Source: Blastocladiella emersonii ATCC 22665
Lineage: Eukaryota; Fungi; Blastocladiomycota
NCBI GenBank assembly: GCA_025594325.1
Contig: JANHCV010000008.1
Coordinates: 1,240,001 to 1,304,000, forward strand
Reading direction: 5' to 3'
DNA: 64,000 nucleotides
Shown here: positions 1 through 12,511 of the stretch, piece after piece
Layout of the letters: each line of letters opens with the position of its first letter
Numbering within the stretch: the first letter of the stretch is position 1
Translations under genes and position numbers: made by a program
The notes under the pieces: model-generated
Seen by the model: only the letters and a program-made list of their open reading frames with translations
Told to the model about the DNA's origin: nothing
Databases searched by the model: none

Positions 1-1285
1 CCTGTACTCGGTCCAAAGAACATTTGCGATGCGGTTCCGAAGCGAGATACCGCGCTGACGAGCTCCGTCCAGGGAGGCCTCGAGGACAGCGGCCTCGTCG
101 TCCTCCTCGTTCTCGTCGTTCAGGGGCTCGCGCCCACGCACACGCGCCTCACGCGCCGCGTCCCGCGCGCGCCGGAGCTCCGTCTCGGCGTCGCGAAAGA
201 AGGCGTCGCCGCCTTGGTTCCACTTGTTGATCATGTTGTGCAGCGTGCAGAGCGCGTACACAAGCTTGACTTGAGTCTTGATTGGGTAGGCCGCGCCAAT
301 CGAGAGGACGCGGAACCGCTTCTTGAGCACGCCAAAGATATGCTCAATGGAGTTGCGGAGCGACGCGTGACGCAGATTGAAAAGCTCTTCGCGGTTCTTA
401 ACTCTACGTACGTTGGTGAAGCAGATGAGATGGCGCCAACGTGATGGTCATGGCAGTGAGAACGTACCCATCCTTGCCGCGGGCAAACTCGCGAAGATGA
501 TAGCGGGTGCCGCTGAAGGGCACGAAGATGGACGTGCGGTTTGCGTAGCCGCCGTCGGCGAGGTAGAAGCGGCCGGCGGGGATCTTGAACCCACGGGCGA
601 AGGCGTCCGAGAGCACGCGCGAGTCGTGCGCCTTGCCCTCCCACCCTGCGAGAACGTAGGTGAAGTTCAAGTCAAAGTCGCAGGCAGCGAGGACATTTGA
701 GGAGATGGTCCCCTTGCGGTTTCGGAACGAGTCGTGAAGCTTGGCGGGCACAACAAACGGGATGTGCGTTCCGTCAAGCGCGCCGACCGCGTTCTGGAAC
801 GGAGCGTATTTCGGGTCGTGGGCGATGCGCTCATGCACGGGCGTAGAATCGGACGGCTGGACAATGAACTCGGGCATCAGGCGGTACAGAGCGTCGAGCA
901 CCTGCTTCAGAACCCTGGACGCGGTCTCGCCAGAAATTTGGAACCGCTCCCTGAGGTTGCGGTTGGTGCTGCCCTCGCCGGCCATGACAAGAAAAACCAT
1001 GAAGCGCGCCTCGACGGACAGCTCGCGGCCGTCGGTGAGAAGGCCACGGTCGCGGAACAGGCGGCAGATGGCCTTGAAGGTCTCGCGGGGCATACGGGCG
1101 ATTTCCGAAAAACGCGTTTTGCTGTTGCACGTCAGCAGCTCTTGAACCCACGACTCGCCAGAAAGCGTGGACGTGCGGATAGGCTCCCACGAGCGGCGCT
1201 CGTTGCGCGCAGCGAGACGTCGCAGGAGAGCGAGGGCGGCCGTGAGCATGAGGCCGCGCAGCTTGCGGTTGTATCCCTTGCCCAT
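1..1285 (-). CDS. Harbinger (DDE_Tnp_4-type) transposase, 3' end runs off window; intron 404-467
   Basis: Motifs ALDGTHIP, KGTISSNVLAACDFD, GWEGKAHDSRV and YLADGGY. Removing the GTACGT...TAG intron (467-404) joins ELFNLRHASLRNSIEHIFGVLKKRF, completing the DDE triad. Start codon uncertain. Confidence 0.9.
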
Positions 1286-1504
1286 GTTGTTTGAGGGCTC
1301 GAGAACACGATGCGTGAGGTTAGGTGTTGATTCGTTGCAATAAGTGCGGCTGCAAAGAGGTGGGAAAGATTTTATTGCGGGGGGGGGGGGAGGGGCGTTC
1401 ATCCAGCGGGGCGTTTGGTTCGCACGGCCGCTGAGATGAACGGGGGTGAGGTGAAACGTGGCAACTTTTTCAGCTGATCCACCTGATCTGAACCAAACGG
1501 ACCC
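1..1504 (-). mobile_element. PIF/Harbinger DNA transposon, copy 1 (left end outside window)
   Basis: Near-identical to 52526-54026. Right terminus AACCAAACGGACCC (1491-1504) is followed by TTA, a typical Harbinger TWA target. Encodes a DDE transposase. Confidence 0.92.
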
Positions 1505-1516
1505 TTAGTTGGACTT

Positions 1517-1656
1517 CAGCGTCGCCTCGTTAAGTTGACGTTTAGTGTCGCCTCGTTAAGTTGATGGTCAGTGTCGCCTCGTTGCGTGGATGTCCAGCGT
1601 CGCCTCGTTGGGTGGATGTCCAACGTCGCCTCGTTGCGTTGATGTTCAGTGTCACA
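1517..1656. repeat. 26-bp minisatellite, 5 full units plus a partial sixth
   Basis: Core GTCGCCTCGTT starts at 1521, 1547, 1573, 1599 and 1625, with a degenerate copy at 1651 (26-nt period). Confidence 0.9.
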
Positions 1657-2631
1657 TTGTCCTCAAGGCCAAAGCCAGCATGAAGCGTGCCGCTGCTGAG
1701 AACAGAATTTGCAGCGTCCAAAGTCGCAAGAAACACTGTTAATAGGGACGCATCGGGCAGGACAAAGTCGACGTGCTCGTTGATGTTCAACGAGTGTTGA
1801 TATCAAGTAGAGGTCGCAATGCCGCGCAGCTGCTCGGCCAAGCATTAGCCCACCAACGCTGAATCTGTCGCTCTACGCTGGGCCGTAAAGCACAGGTAGT
1901 ACGCTATTCTTACTTGTCTACGTCACTGCACATCGCTTCGCGCCATATTGATGGGAGCTGAGATGAGGATCAAGTGCTGCTGCTTGAGAGTCAACTGTCA
2001 TATGAGGTAAGTTTGTCCAAGCCATGCTGAGATCGTTGTTGCAAACAAGCAGCGTTTCTGTCGCGCCATTAACAGTAGCAACATGTTGCGCTACTTCAGA
2101 GCTCCATGATCGAGCGGATGATCAGATGTCGCGACCCAGCATGGTCGCGCGACGCCATCTTTTTCCAGGCGATTGTTGCTACAGGTCATACCGTGCAGCA
2201 CGACAACGAAGGAATCAAGCAAGTATTTATCGAGTCAGTAGAAGCAGATCCATGTTACTTTCCGTTTGCAGGCAGGAGCGCAAAGTATGGTGCGGTAGCA
2301 GCCGCGGCGTGGGGACAGTTGAAGCCGGACGTTAGGAAGTGAGCGACACTTGCGTATCGCGCAGTAGCAACAAAGGACACACTTGTGGTGGGTCGACCTT
2401 CCGCACGGACCCGCAAGAAAGGGAGAAGCAGCGCGACGACGCGTTCAGCCACTCACGTGACGTGACAGAAGTGACAAGCGTCGGTTTGGCTAAAATCTCA
2501 GACGAGGGAGAGGGTGAGGACGCGACGCGGACAAGATGATGTTGGTGGTGCGGCGTCACTTCGTCGCCACGCACTCCCAAAAAAGTGACCCCCTACTCAG
2601 CGAATATGTAAAAATATATGCATTAAACATG

Positions 2632-5600
2632 TTATGAAGCACCAGCCGATCCATGGGACGCACTCGGTGGCGAACCGAGAAGATGAATCGCCGCGCAGAA
2701 CTGCTCCCAACACGGCGGGCCCTCCTTTGCACCGAGCCTGCGGATCGCGGCGGAGTACACCGTGCTGTTGACGGTGGCGGTGGCGCGGATCTGCTCGACC
2801 TCGCCGTCCTCAAGCTTGGCCTCGTGCTTCTTGACCGTGTCGGCCACCGCCGTCGCTGGCATGCCTCCGCCGTCAACCCGCGCTAGCCCGAGGCACTCGG
2901 ACCGACCCGCGCGGGTCATCGCATCCATGACGTGCTGGACGAGCTGAGTGCGGGTCGATGCTACGCGGTATCGACGTGGTCAGTGTCAGTCCTTTTTTGC
3001 AAGCAGCGCGTCTGAGCTGAGTGCGTACGGTCAGCGTTCATGATGATCACGTTCGACTTGGCTAACGTGGTGCCACGCGTGAGCTTGAGGTGCGCCGGCG
3101 AGATGCTGGCCATGAGCGCAATCTCGATGACCATCTTCAGGTGCGGGTACGGCACCTCGTCGACGACCTGGAGCACAAGCTCGGCCATCTTGCGCCGCGT
3201 CTCGGGCACGCGTAGGCCGAGCATCGGGATCGTGTACCCGAAGCTGGCGAAGATGGTCTGCGTGATGTCGACGAGTCGGCCGAGGAGGTCCGTGGGAGCG
3301 CAGGCCGACGCGGCGTCGAGCGCCCGCTGTACCACGCGGTAATGCTTGGTGGTGGTCGGGGTTGCCGCCCGCCACGTCACCGGATCGTGCAGGCGCATGA
3401 ACATGAGGAGCGGCGTCAGCTTGGCGTACGTGTGGAACCGTTCCCACGCCGGATCGCTGCTACCGTCGTCGTTGAGCCACGCCGGGCAGTTGACGTTCTC
3501 GTACACGTTGGTCCGATACCACGCCCGAGCGTTTTTGATCAGCACCGTGTTGATGGTGTTGATGAGCGCAGACACGACCTCAATCTTGGTCGCATCGGGG
3601 TGTACGAACACCTTGCCGCAGCCGAGCGCGGCCTTGAGGTTGTCGGCGACGCACGCGTAGAAGAGCGAGATCTCGGTGTGCACGTTGCCCTCGCGGACGA
3701 GTTCTGGTGCCGACTCGCGGCTCGACGACCCGCCGAATGCGCGCGCCCACGTGCGGTAGTTGATGAGGGTCGCGGGACCCTGCATGGCCGTCACTAGAAC
3801 GTCATTGTGCTGCGACACGGCCTGGCGGATACGGGCGAGCAGCAGGTCCTGCACCCAGTTGTTGAGGATGAGGTTCAGCAGGCGCCACAGCACGTACGCG
3901 CCGTACAGGTGCGCGAGGGGTTCGGGACCCCGCGCGTCCAGTACGCCGAGGAGAAACAGAACGTGGAAGCGCGCCAGCACGGGCATGATTGAGGACGGCG
4001 ACGACGCGGGCGGTGTCGGTGCTGGTGGTGTGGCGGCGACGACCTCGGTTCCCTCGTCGTCGCTCTGCTCAGCGGCGATCTCGTCCTCTTCGCCATTGCT
4101 CCGCTCAGCAGCGGCCTCGCCCTCCTCCTCGTCGCTCCGCTCGGCGGTGAGGGCCGCGCGTTCGTCCTCGGGCATGGGGACAAGCGCCATTGATCCAAAC
4201 GCGTGCGATGCCAATGCAGTTGTGGTCGTGTTCTCGTTCTCGTTCTCGTCCTCAAGGTCGCTCAACTCAGCAGCAAGCGCGTTCAAGTCAAGAGCGGCGA
4301 ACTCGGGAAGAGAAGGTTCCGCAATCGCAGCTGGAAGACTCGGTAAGCATTCTAGACTCCCTGGTAAAGGTTCGAGAAGAGCTGGCGATGGTGGCCGTGT
4401 GCTGAAGGAGCGGGTAGGTGACGTGGGCGCAGGCGAGGGCGTGGTCGGTCGAACCAAGCCGTTCGATGCTGGGTTCTGAACAAGTGGCGAAGTTGAATCG
4501 GAAGCGAGCTCACGCATAGGTGTGCATTCGAGAGCGGCAAGAGCTAGGTCCTCAGCCGTTGTGACGATCGCAAGCGTTTGGGAAGTAGCCGACTCGACAA
4601 GCTCGTTGGCGAAATCATCGCGATGCCCAGTAAGCAGGGGCGAGCCCACGGGTGATGAAGCACGCGGTTGAGTTGACATCGGCGGCGGCGCGTCAAATCG
4701 AGTAGAGAAAGGACTTGGGAAAGGGCGAGACTCGGCGTCGAGCGAGGCAACGGATACAAGAACACGGGGGCGCTTGATCAGCGGAGCGGAAGCTACTGCT
4801 ACCGCTGCCGCGGCCGCAGCAGCAACAGCTTCGTCGCATGTCCGTGAAGGGCTGCGGCTGCGCTGGCGTTTGCTTCCAAGCTCACAGGAGCCGCGGCTTG
4901 AGGAGCGATCACGGAATGCGCGAAGGGCATCGGCAACGCGATTGTTTGAAAGACCAGCATCGGACAGTGCAGTAAGCGAATCATCGATTTCGAGCTGGGC
5001 TGCTTGGTCAAGCGGGCCCGTAATCGCAAACTTGAACTCTGTGCCCTGAACAGGGCAGTCGGTCAAGGTTTCGCGCTCGGGTGATTTCAAGCGCTCGAGC
5101 GGGGCTCCCACGGTCGCGTCCGTCAAGCGAGTAGCGCAAGGCGGGGGCGCCGGCCGCTCGCCGTGGTTGGGCGAATGCGAAAGCGAGAGCTGACCACCTT
5201 CGGGGTTACTTGAAGCCGGAGCGAAGGCGGAAGCTGAAGAGGCGGCAGCGGCAGCAGCAGCTGCTGCGGCTTGCGTCGCTCGAGCTGCCGCGTCGTCGGC
5301 CCGCAGTTGCGCGCGAAGGAGGTTGAAGGAAGCTTCCACAAGCGGACCCGGGCGCAAGACTTCCCCAGGGAGAGTCCTCGGTCGCAGAGCAGTACGGACA
5401 AGCGAAAGCCGAGCGCCCAAGACGTCGAGTAGAGCGGCGCTCTCACCACCGTGGTGGCGTAGGTCCGTGGGAACCGCTCCTGCTGCCGAGTCCGCCGAGT
5501 GCGTCGAACATCGTCCAGTGATAGATAAGGTGCAATTGCAGCAAGTCTGCGAGTCGCGGCTCTCCATTTGCTTCCGTAGTGTGTCGTCGAGGGGGAGATC

Positions 5601-5669
5601 GAGCGATTCGGCGCCGCCTCGCTGAGCTGAGGTGAGCCTTGAAACGTCACACCCATCACGGTGGCGCAT
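2632..5669 (-). CDS. Large hypothetical protein (~989 aa; low-complexity middle, helical C-terminal domain); intron 2961-3028
   Basis: The 914-codon ORF 2961-5705 joins in frame to the 2632-2928 ORF by removing GTACGC...CTGAC...TAG (3028-2961). First ATG is at 5669. No family recognised. Confidence 0.65.
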
Positions 5670-6450
5670 CGCGCTGCGCTCCGAATCGTCAACGCTTGCG
5701 GGCACGTTCCACTGTAAGGATCGGAACTCTTAAGAGGTTTGTGGGGACTGTGCAAGTCCCACTCGCCTAAGGCGCAAACGTGTCCCAGCGCTCTGCCCCT
5801 CCCATTGGGCCGATCTTGAAACCCGACCGCGAACGAGCTAGGCTACGAGGCCGAAATTTTGACAGGCAGCCATTCGGTCAAACTGAGAGTGAGCATTACT
5901 CGTAAGTCAGCTGTACGCTTCGACGGCAACGCGTCAGGTGACTGACGCGCACCACGCACTGCACACGGCGCCACAGCGCGCTCCGAGCTTTGCGCTCTCC
6001 CGCTGGCGAAGTTGAGGGAGCCACAACACATGGTCTTAGAAGATGCAACCTGATGCAAACCCGCTTGCCTACGCAGCTGCCCATGGGGAGCTTACCATTT
6101 CACCAATTGAACATGTTTGCGCTTCAGCTCATGTCGCCACACAGTTCCCACGCGCTTGCATATGGCCCCTCGCCTTGACTTCGGCAAATTATTGAAAACG
6201 GATGTCCAAGTCGAATTGCTTTGTTGAACTTGAACGCAAACGCGATGCCAAGGCGCGGCGGCCAACTTAACGTCGCGGGCGACGTAGTACATAGGTCTGG
6301 ATCACCAGCCGCGCATTCTTTGCCGTTCCGCTCGACCCGTTCCTCCAGTCGCTTTGGTCGAACAAGTGTCTCGCACCATACCTCGCGCTCCGATCGATCG
6401 CCGTCGACCCGCGCGAGACGCAAAATGCGAGTCGCGCCGCGACCGCGGCC

Positions 6451-6948
6451 ATGCTCGCTGACTCGAGCTTCCGCGAGCGCGTGGTCAACGGCGTCGAGGC
6501 AATCGCGCGGACCGAAGGGATTGCGCCAGTCGCTCAAACGTACCTTGTCCTTGCATGCGCTTACATGTCGTGTGCTGCCAAGCTCGTCGCCTCGCCCGCT
6601 GATTCCGACGATGGAAGCTACGACTACGCTCTCGTTCTTGCCGACCAGACATTGCGGATTGCTGTGTCTGAATTCGAGCGCCAAGAGGTGGACGAGCCGC
6701 CCGCGTACAGGTCAAATGGCCGCTGGACAGTTGCAGCGACTGCTGCTGCTTCGGCTGCGAGCACAGATGATGAGTACCGGATCCGTGCAGCCCGGACGAT
6801 GCGATACTTCCATTCGTCCAATGACTCGGTCACCGTCGGGCTGCCTGGCTGGGACGAATTCAAGCGCAAGCACGCTGCGGCACTCGACACGATTTCCTGC
6901 GGCGAGAAGTCCAAGAGCAAAATTCGCCAAATGAGCGATTGGAAATAG
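6451..6948 (+). CDS. Hypothetical protein, 165 aa
   Basis: ATG-started ORF with protein-like composition upstream of the DUF4470 gene. No recognised motif. Confidence 0.3.
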   Translation: MLADSSFRERVVNGVEAIARTEGIAPVAQTYLVLACAYMSCAAKLVASPADSDDGSYDYALVLADQTLRIAVSEFERQEVDEPPAYRSNGRWTVAATAAASAASTDDEYRIRAARTMRYFHSSNDSVTVGLPGWDEFKRKHAAALDTISCGEKSKSKIRQMSDWK

Positions 6949-7152
6949 AATACATGGAAACCGACAAATCCTACACTGGAAGGATCTTTGCTTTTCAAAT
7001 GCCCGTCCTGCGGCATTCGCGTTGCAGATGCAGCGTGAGGTGAAACACAACGCGCGACGCATGGCGGTTTCAGGCGACCGCCAACCGCGTCTCTTCGCTC
7101 CAAGTCGGTGATACCAACCCCTCACGCTAAACTCATGGAATAACTTGGCGCA

Positions 7153-10100
7153 ATGCAACCTGCTTCACCATTCATGCCCACGCAGACGAGCGCGATGGTC
7201 CTCTACGCGGACCCGTCTGACCACTTCAACCCGTTTGGTGACACCTACGCGTCCGACGTCTTCCTGCTCCACGATGCCAGCAGCGCCGACCGCAAGCTCA
7301 GTGCGCTTCTCTGTGGCTTCAACGACCTCCGTTCAGTTGCTCAAACGCTGGTCGAAGCTGGGCGAAAGGGTTCGCGCGCCAGCATGTCGTTCACACTCAA
7401 CGACCTCCGTCCCGAGCCGATTGCTCGTTCGCTTCTCATCTTGCACGCGCTCATGAATTCGAAGCTGAAAGGCAAGACGCTCGACCGATTTATTGGCCAA
7501 CTCTGGTTTTCGGAGCACCTCGAGTGTCGCGCGCTTTCATTCTGGCAGGACCAGATTCGTGTGTGTCTGGGCGTCGACTGGGTTTCAGGTCTCCGCAGTG
7601 TTCGAGTCACGAATGATGTGACGTTTCAGGCCGTTCGAGAGTGCTGGCGCCGGTGGCTCAACCGGTGCGACTCTCTGCCAAAGTCGGTCAAGCAACTGGC
7701 TTCGCGCGCAGCTACTCTTCAGTCACTAGCTTCATTCGAACATCGATTTGCGAACGCTATTGATCCTCAAGACCCAAACCTCTGCCCGCTCAACTTCAGC
7801 ATTGCTTCTTGATCAATGCGACAAGCTTTCTCAGTCAGCCTTTTCGCGCGTTGCGTGCGAGTCGGAGCGATTGGTTGAGTGCGGAGCCTACTTTTGCGCG
7901 CGCGCCCCAGATGCCCCCGAGTCGCGAAGCAAGTGTTCTATTCCATCGCAGACGGACATGGTTGTGAACCCGACGTTTCTTTGTGCGAGCTCCAGGGATG
8001 CGACGACCTTGGCAGTACCGCACACTGTTTTTTTCTTCGACGTAAGCCGCACGCGAGTCGAGGCGGCTATGCTTGAGCAGCTGCATTTTTGGCTGCATGC
8101 CTTGTCGAGCGCCTTTGCAACCAATTTACCCGCGGCAAACAGCTCGGAAGCAGCTCCCCCTGGGTCCTGCCACAGCCTTGCATTTACACTCGGAGACGCT
8201 GTGCTCGCCATGGAGCAGCTTCAGGCCGACCCAGAGGTGCGCTTCGACGTCATTGACACGTCTACTCTCATGGATCGTTGCGGGGCTGTCAATCTGCTTC
8301 TGCACGGTTCATTTTTGCTCAGGCAGGTCGACCCCGCAGCGAATGACAGGCCTATGCTTCACCTCCACACTGCGAAGTACTCTGGGGGAGGCAGCTCATC
8401 CAAACTCTTGGATTCATTACTGCGAACCCCGGCCCACCTCCTCCCCATTTTACTTGGCGTCGCAATCGTCGAGAAGCAAGGAAACGAGCTCGACCATTGG
8501 CTGTCCCACGTGCGTCTGCTCTCACGCAACAAACGAGGACACTTGGGTGCCAAGAATTGCCGCAGCATCACGTTTTGCAAACTTGCGACTCCCGACGTAC
8601 CGGCTTCAATTGAATACTCACTGGAGCTGTCTGAGTCTATTCTCTCCGTGGTGGAATCCTTGCGCATGGACGTTGGCGAAACCGAGTACGAGCAAGGGGT
8701 GACATGTTGGTTTTGTACGGTTCAACGGCATTCACTCTATGTTCGAATGTAGGCGGCTCGTTTCCGACTGCAGCAACTACCGTCAAGCTGCTCGCGTACG
8801 CCATGGCTTTCGGTCGCCTGGTCTGGAACGGCGCGACACCTTACGATTCACTTCCATTTCGTTTGCATGACACCATCGGCTCAGATTGGCGGGAGTACTT
8901 CTTTGAGTCGGGTTGGAGCGAAAGCAACTCACGATCCGCCATTGGGACCAATTACGGGCTTTTCGGGGGCAAGGAGCGCTGTGAGTACTACGACACCTTG
9001 GTGCGGGCCACTGCTACCTTCTCGTTGATTGAGCCGTGGTCCCAGTCTCGTGCCTGCGTCAAAAGCGTTGCGGAAATGAGCAAGAATGCGACGGAGGTAT
9101 CTTAGTACTACCACGACCTGAAACTAATCCACAATCTCAATCGCGGTGAGGTCAAGGTGACTTGGCACCTCGACCCTTACACCTTGGAATTCGAAGACGT
9201 CGACACTGTCTTCATTCTCCATGCGATGCCAGCGTTTCTCCCATACGGCTCCGAAACCACGACTCAATCCGTGTGCATCAGCAACACCTTGCAACTTCAC
9301 GTCGACGGTCAGTTTGCGCCTGATCCAAACCTCAAGATCGAGGAGCTTCCGATTGATGTGGCTCGCGGCGCTATTAATGCCGTCATGGCAGAGTATGCGG
9401 CTGCTTCTGCATCGCGTTCTTCGCAGCGCTCCTCGTGGCGTCTTCTCGTTGCGCGGTTGGAGGACCGTGGGCCTGATTTTGCGCGCCTTGTTCTTAAAAT
9501 TCCGCGCGGTTGCAACAAACTCTCTGTCAAACCCGGGCCCGAGCGCGATCTCGCGCAGTACCACGGAGCCGTTGCCTTGATTGTTGACGGGATAGTGCAA
9601 ACGTTCCGGCTCCCGTACTCAGGATGCGCAGAGAGCGTCGAATTTGACCGCGCGCTTCGAACGGTAACCGTTTTGGTTCGAAAGGTCACCGACGCCGTTG
9701 CGCCCACGCTTGGGTTAGGTCCTCTTATCCCGCGGATCGCGCCCCTCCCGACCCTGGATGGTAACTTTCTGCCCCAGATCGCGCTCCAGACACTTGGCGA
9801 CATGTTCACCGCCGAGGAATGGCCTGTTGACGCGCCCGCTGCCACAATGCCAACCATTTTAGAGGGTCGCGCCAATCGAGCGGCGTGGAGCGCACTTTCG
9901 CTCAAGCTGCTCATCAAGAGCCTCTTCGAATACGCCTTCGAGGTCGAGGGCGCGTGTGTCATCAAGCTCGAGTCCATGGTTGTTGCTCGCGGCGTGATCG
10001 CCGTGATTTTCATCAACCGCACCGGCGCGATTCCGCCCAAGGGCAAAGCCGGATGGCTCACACCCGCGCTTGACGTGAGCTATCTTTACGTTCCGCCGCT

Positions 10101-10434
10101 TCCGCCCATGTCGACTGCAACTGCTGCTGCACGCGCCAACGTCCAACGTTTGCGTAAGCTCGCAGGAGCAGCTGAGAACACCTTCTTTCGGTTGAGCGGA
10201 CGGCAGCTTTTTCCAGTTCTTTATTGGAACGGCGAGCATGAGGACGCAGTCCGTGAGTACCTTGAGCTTTGTCACAAGACCATGGCCGAACACTCGGTGC
10301 CTGATATCGATCAGCTCGTCGTGTCCAAACCAGACGCCGAATCGCTTGCTGCCGCGACGGCAGAGTCGTTTACGAGCCTCAAGTCGGAACTCAAGCGTGC
10401 CTTGTTGCTGCCGCTGTATCCCATCTACGACTGA
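7153..10434 (+). pseudogene. DUF4470-domain protein, copy 1, frameshifted near 7800; probable introns 8715-8752 and 9097-9150/9156
   Basis: N-terminus FNPFGDTYASDV...LLCGFNDLRSVAQTL...FTLNDLRPEPIARSLLIL fits the DUF4470 pattern. ORFs 7153-7812, 7748-8752, 8704-9105 and 9157-10434 are collinear with the 12.5-16 kb paralog. No splice solution was found for the first break. Confidence 0.7.
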
Positions 10435-10701
10435 TGCGCCGTTTGATTTATGAATACAATCACGCGTGCTTTTGTAAGGGCAATAGCGAACTCCATGTAA
10501 AATAGGCTACGAATCGCGTGAATTTTGATGTGGCTGGGTCACCTGACCGCGTTGCGCCACACGGTCACGTGTGGACGCATTCGCGAAAATGCGCATGTCG
10601 GGCGCTCGAGTTCGTATGCGCCCTCGGCCTTGTTCACATCGGTTTTCTGCTCTCGTGCACCATAACCCTCTCTTCACGTCCCCACGAAAACTTCATGCAA
10701 A

Positions 10702-12347
10702 ATGCTCGGGGCGATGCATGTCCCCAAAATCCTCGAGCAGATTCTTGTTTATGCGACTCAGCAATACGACGGGCCGGACACCGCCAGACAGATCCTGCAG
10801 TATGCGCGTGTCATGCAGCGGGCCTTGACGCCTCGCATTGAATGCGTGCTTTTGCAGCACCTGCCGCACCTGTCCCTTGACAAGGCGACTGCCCGCGGCA
10901 GGGTTGACATCCTCAACCGATGGTTCGCACTTTGTCTACAGCTCTCCGTCTCCATGGATGTTCTTGGAGCAGCCATCAGCGCACGGCATCTTGAAACGAT
11001 TGAGTTGTGGCGAGCGACGGACACGCTCAACGCGGGCGAAATCAAGCGGTGGTTGTTGTAGCGTGGCCCAGAATTCTATCAGGTCGTCGCTCCCGGCCTC
11101 ATTGATAGCAATGGAGTCGTTCGACACTCGGCTCTCGACGAGGGCCTCACCGAGCTCCTGCAGCAGCATACAGATGGGACCACCAAGAAGCTATGCCTCG
11201 AACACCTGCCAATCTCGATGGCTGGCGTAGAAATGCTCAATGCTGCGTTGGCAAACCCGCTTCAGGGACTAAATTCTATCAGGTTTGACTGCTGCACCTT
11301 GGACTTTGCTCGGTTGCTTGCGTTACGGCTTCCCGCCTCGTTGTGCAAGGCCTCGTTCTCAGGCTACTGGCTTGGAAGTCGCTCGTACTAGCCGCTCCCC
11401 TTGAGCCGATCAATTGACCAGTCAACCTGCAAAGCCTTTCGTTTGCTTCGGCCGACTTGAGCGTCTCTGTCCGGTATCTACTGCAGACCCTTCCCTCACA
11501 CTTGAACACCCTCGGCCTGATTGACAGCTCGTTCAACGAGCACGCATTTCGCGACCTGGTTCATGCCCTCCTGGATTACCTCGTGCAGCTTGACTTGCGT
11601 CAAAACGAGCTTACCACCGCCACCTTCTTGTCGATGGCCCCGTTGCTGCAAGCAGGTCTGCAAAAGCTCTCAATGGGCCCCATTTCCGATGGCGAGGTGA
11701 GTCCATCTGCTGTTTTCATCGAGAGCTTGACGCCGTACGCGCTACGCGCTACATATCGCCCGAACCCACTTCCCTGAAAGTTGACAGACCTTGAAATTTA
11801 TGGGAAGGTGTTGAAAGTCTCACTGCTGAGTGCATTGGGCACCTCTCCGAGCCGTTTTCTTTGTCGTTTGACATTGGACTTTGGAGATATTCATGCTAGT
11901 GTGGCTACCTCGCTTGCTCAATTGACGCCTCCTTGCTTGCTTCACTTCAGCTGCCACGGCTGCAACGTATCGTGCCAAAGTGCTATGACGCTTGTCTCGC
12001 AACTGCCACGGTCGCTACTAAACCTGGAGATCTCCTCGGCCGACCTAGGCGCGGACGGTGCAGAAGCGCTCTCGCTAAGCATGACTCCCGGCCTCAAGTC
12101 GTTGAACCTGAGCTCAACGAACCTTTGCGACGCGGCCATCACAGCGCTCGCGCCGTCACTCCCTCCTAGCCTCCACTGCATCTTTCTCGACTTGAACAAG
12201 ATTAAGGACTTGGGAGCAACGGTTTTGTCCGAGCACCTGACTGCCTCGCTCATGGTCCTCAGTTTACTACAGAATCGCGTCACGCAGGCGATGGACGCGA
12301 CGATCCGAGCTGCCGCTCCAAGTTTAGTCAGTCTAATTATTGTCTGA
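10702..12347 (+). pseudogene. RNI-like leucine-rich-repeat protein with ankyrin-like N-terminal segment, disrupted
   Basis: LRR units such as LPRSLLNLEISSADLGADGAEAL, LKSLNLSSTNLCDAAITAL and LDLNKIKDLGATVL. In-frame stops at 11059 and 11775 plus a frameshift near 11.4 kb. Confidence 0.75.
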
Positions 12348-12511
12348 CCCAAGGTGCTTGTGCGAGGCGAATAAGACCTGTCGAATGATCAGAGAAGCTC
12401 CTGTGAAGTCTTACGCTGGAGGCGCACATCGATCCGAAGGCAAAGTACCCGCCATGCTGTGGTGAGGAGCAATCGAGAACTTCAAGCGTTGAGCAAAACC
12501 TGTTTAATCAA

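Noticed and set aside
1517-1656. CRISPR-like array
   Set aside because: Units are contiguous 26-mers with no unique spacers, the context is eukaryotic and no cas genes are present.
7722-7799. Intron rescuing DUF4470 copy 1
   Set aside because: Poor donor (GTCACT), and the 78-nt length keeps the same frame, so the stop at 7810 remains.
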